Source: Clostridia bacterium
GTDB lineage: Bacteria > Bacillota > Clostridia > Oscillospirales > CAG-272
Direction: 5' to 3'
Length of the DNA: 64,000 nucleotides
NCBI GenBank assembly: GCA_017398585.1
Contig: JAFQFS010000156.1
Span: forward strand, 33,259 to 97,258
This document shows, one piece after another, positions 63,955 to 64,000 of the stretch. The position numbers and the translations under genes were made by a program. The notes under the pieces are model-generated. The model made no database searches, was not told the DNA's origin, and was given only the letters and a program-made list of their open reading frames with translations. How positions within the stretch are numbered: the first letter of the stretch is position 1; every line of letters starts with the position of its first letter.

Positions 63955-64000
63955 TCTGAATTTGGTCGAATGTGACATTGCAATCTATACGGAGATATGA

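Overview
This 64-kb window looks like a moderately high-GC Firmicutes/Clostridia-type chromosome. The taxon is an inference from rny, secG-rnr, nagB, SLH and CotH proteins, and many TTGACA-17-TGnTATAAT promoters. The backbone is a large set of glycan-catabolic genes with no signal peptides: two GH38 alpha-mannosidases, a BNR/sialidase-like hydrolase, GH3, GH97, GH36, a GH-D-like enzyme, a SASA-type esterase, glycogen phosphorylase, a TIM-barrel isomerase and two URO-D-family proteins. It also holds a 1334-aa multidomain orphan and housekeeping genes. No transporter or dedicated sugar regulator is present.

From about 27.5 to 38.1 kb the backbone is interrupted by an accessory segment. It starts at a head-to-head junction of two truncated genes and ends at a tRNA-Leu/tRNA-fMet pair whose fMet T-stem no longer pairs. 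Its cargo, in order:
- a wrecked AlbA_2/Schlafen-like gene
- RtcB
- a Cys-rich Amidoligase_2 enzyme translationally coupled to a class II amidotransferase, which is split by an in-frame TGA
- a small serine recombinase with an upstream inverted repeat
- an Xis-like HTH protein, a short relaxase-like protein and a DUF3846 protein
- a 905-aa protein in a visibly AT-rich stretch, with a C-terminal HerA/FtsK-type P-loop ATPase and about 600 aa of unassignable N-terminus

The amidoligase/amidotransferase(/RtcB) module and the 905-aa ATPase are my best candidates for an undescribed system.

Other oddities:
- a 0.6-kb ORF-free, hairpin-dense element bounded by inverted repeats (39.6-40.3 kb)
- a family of GGGGAAC-TTTT/AAAA-GTTCCCC palindromes
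- GH pseudogene debris and an IS630-like relic
- two CotH lipoprotein paralogs
- several frameshifts, three of which sit at short homopolymers, so assembly error is a live alternative to real decay

I found no CRISPR array and no rRNA.
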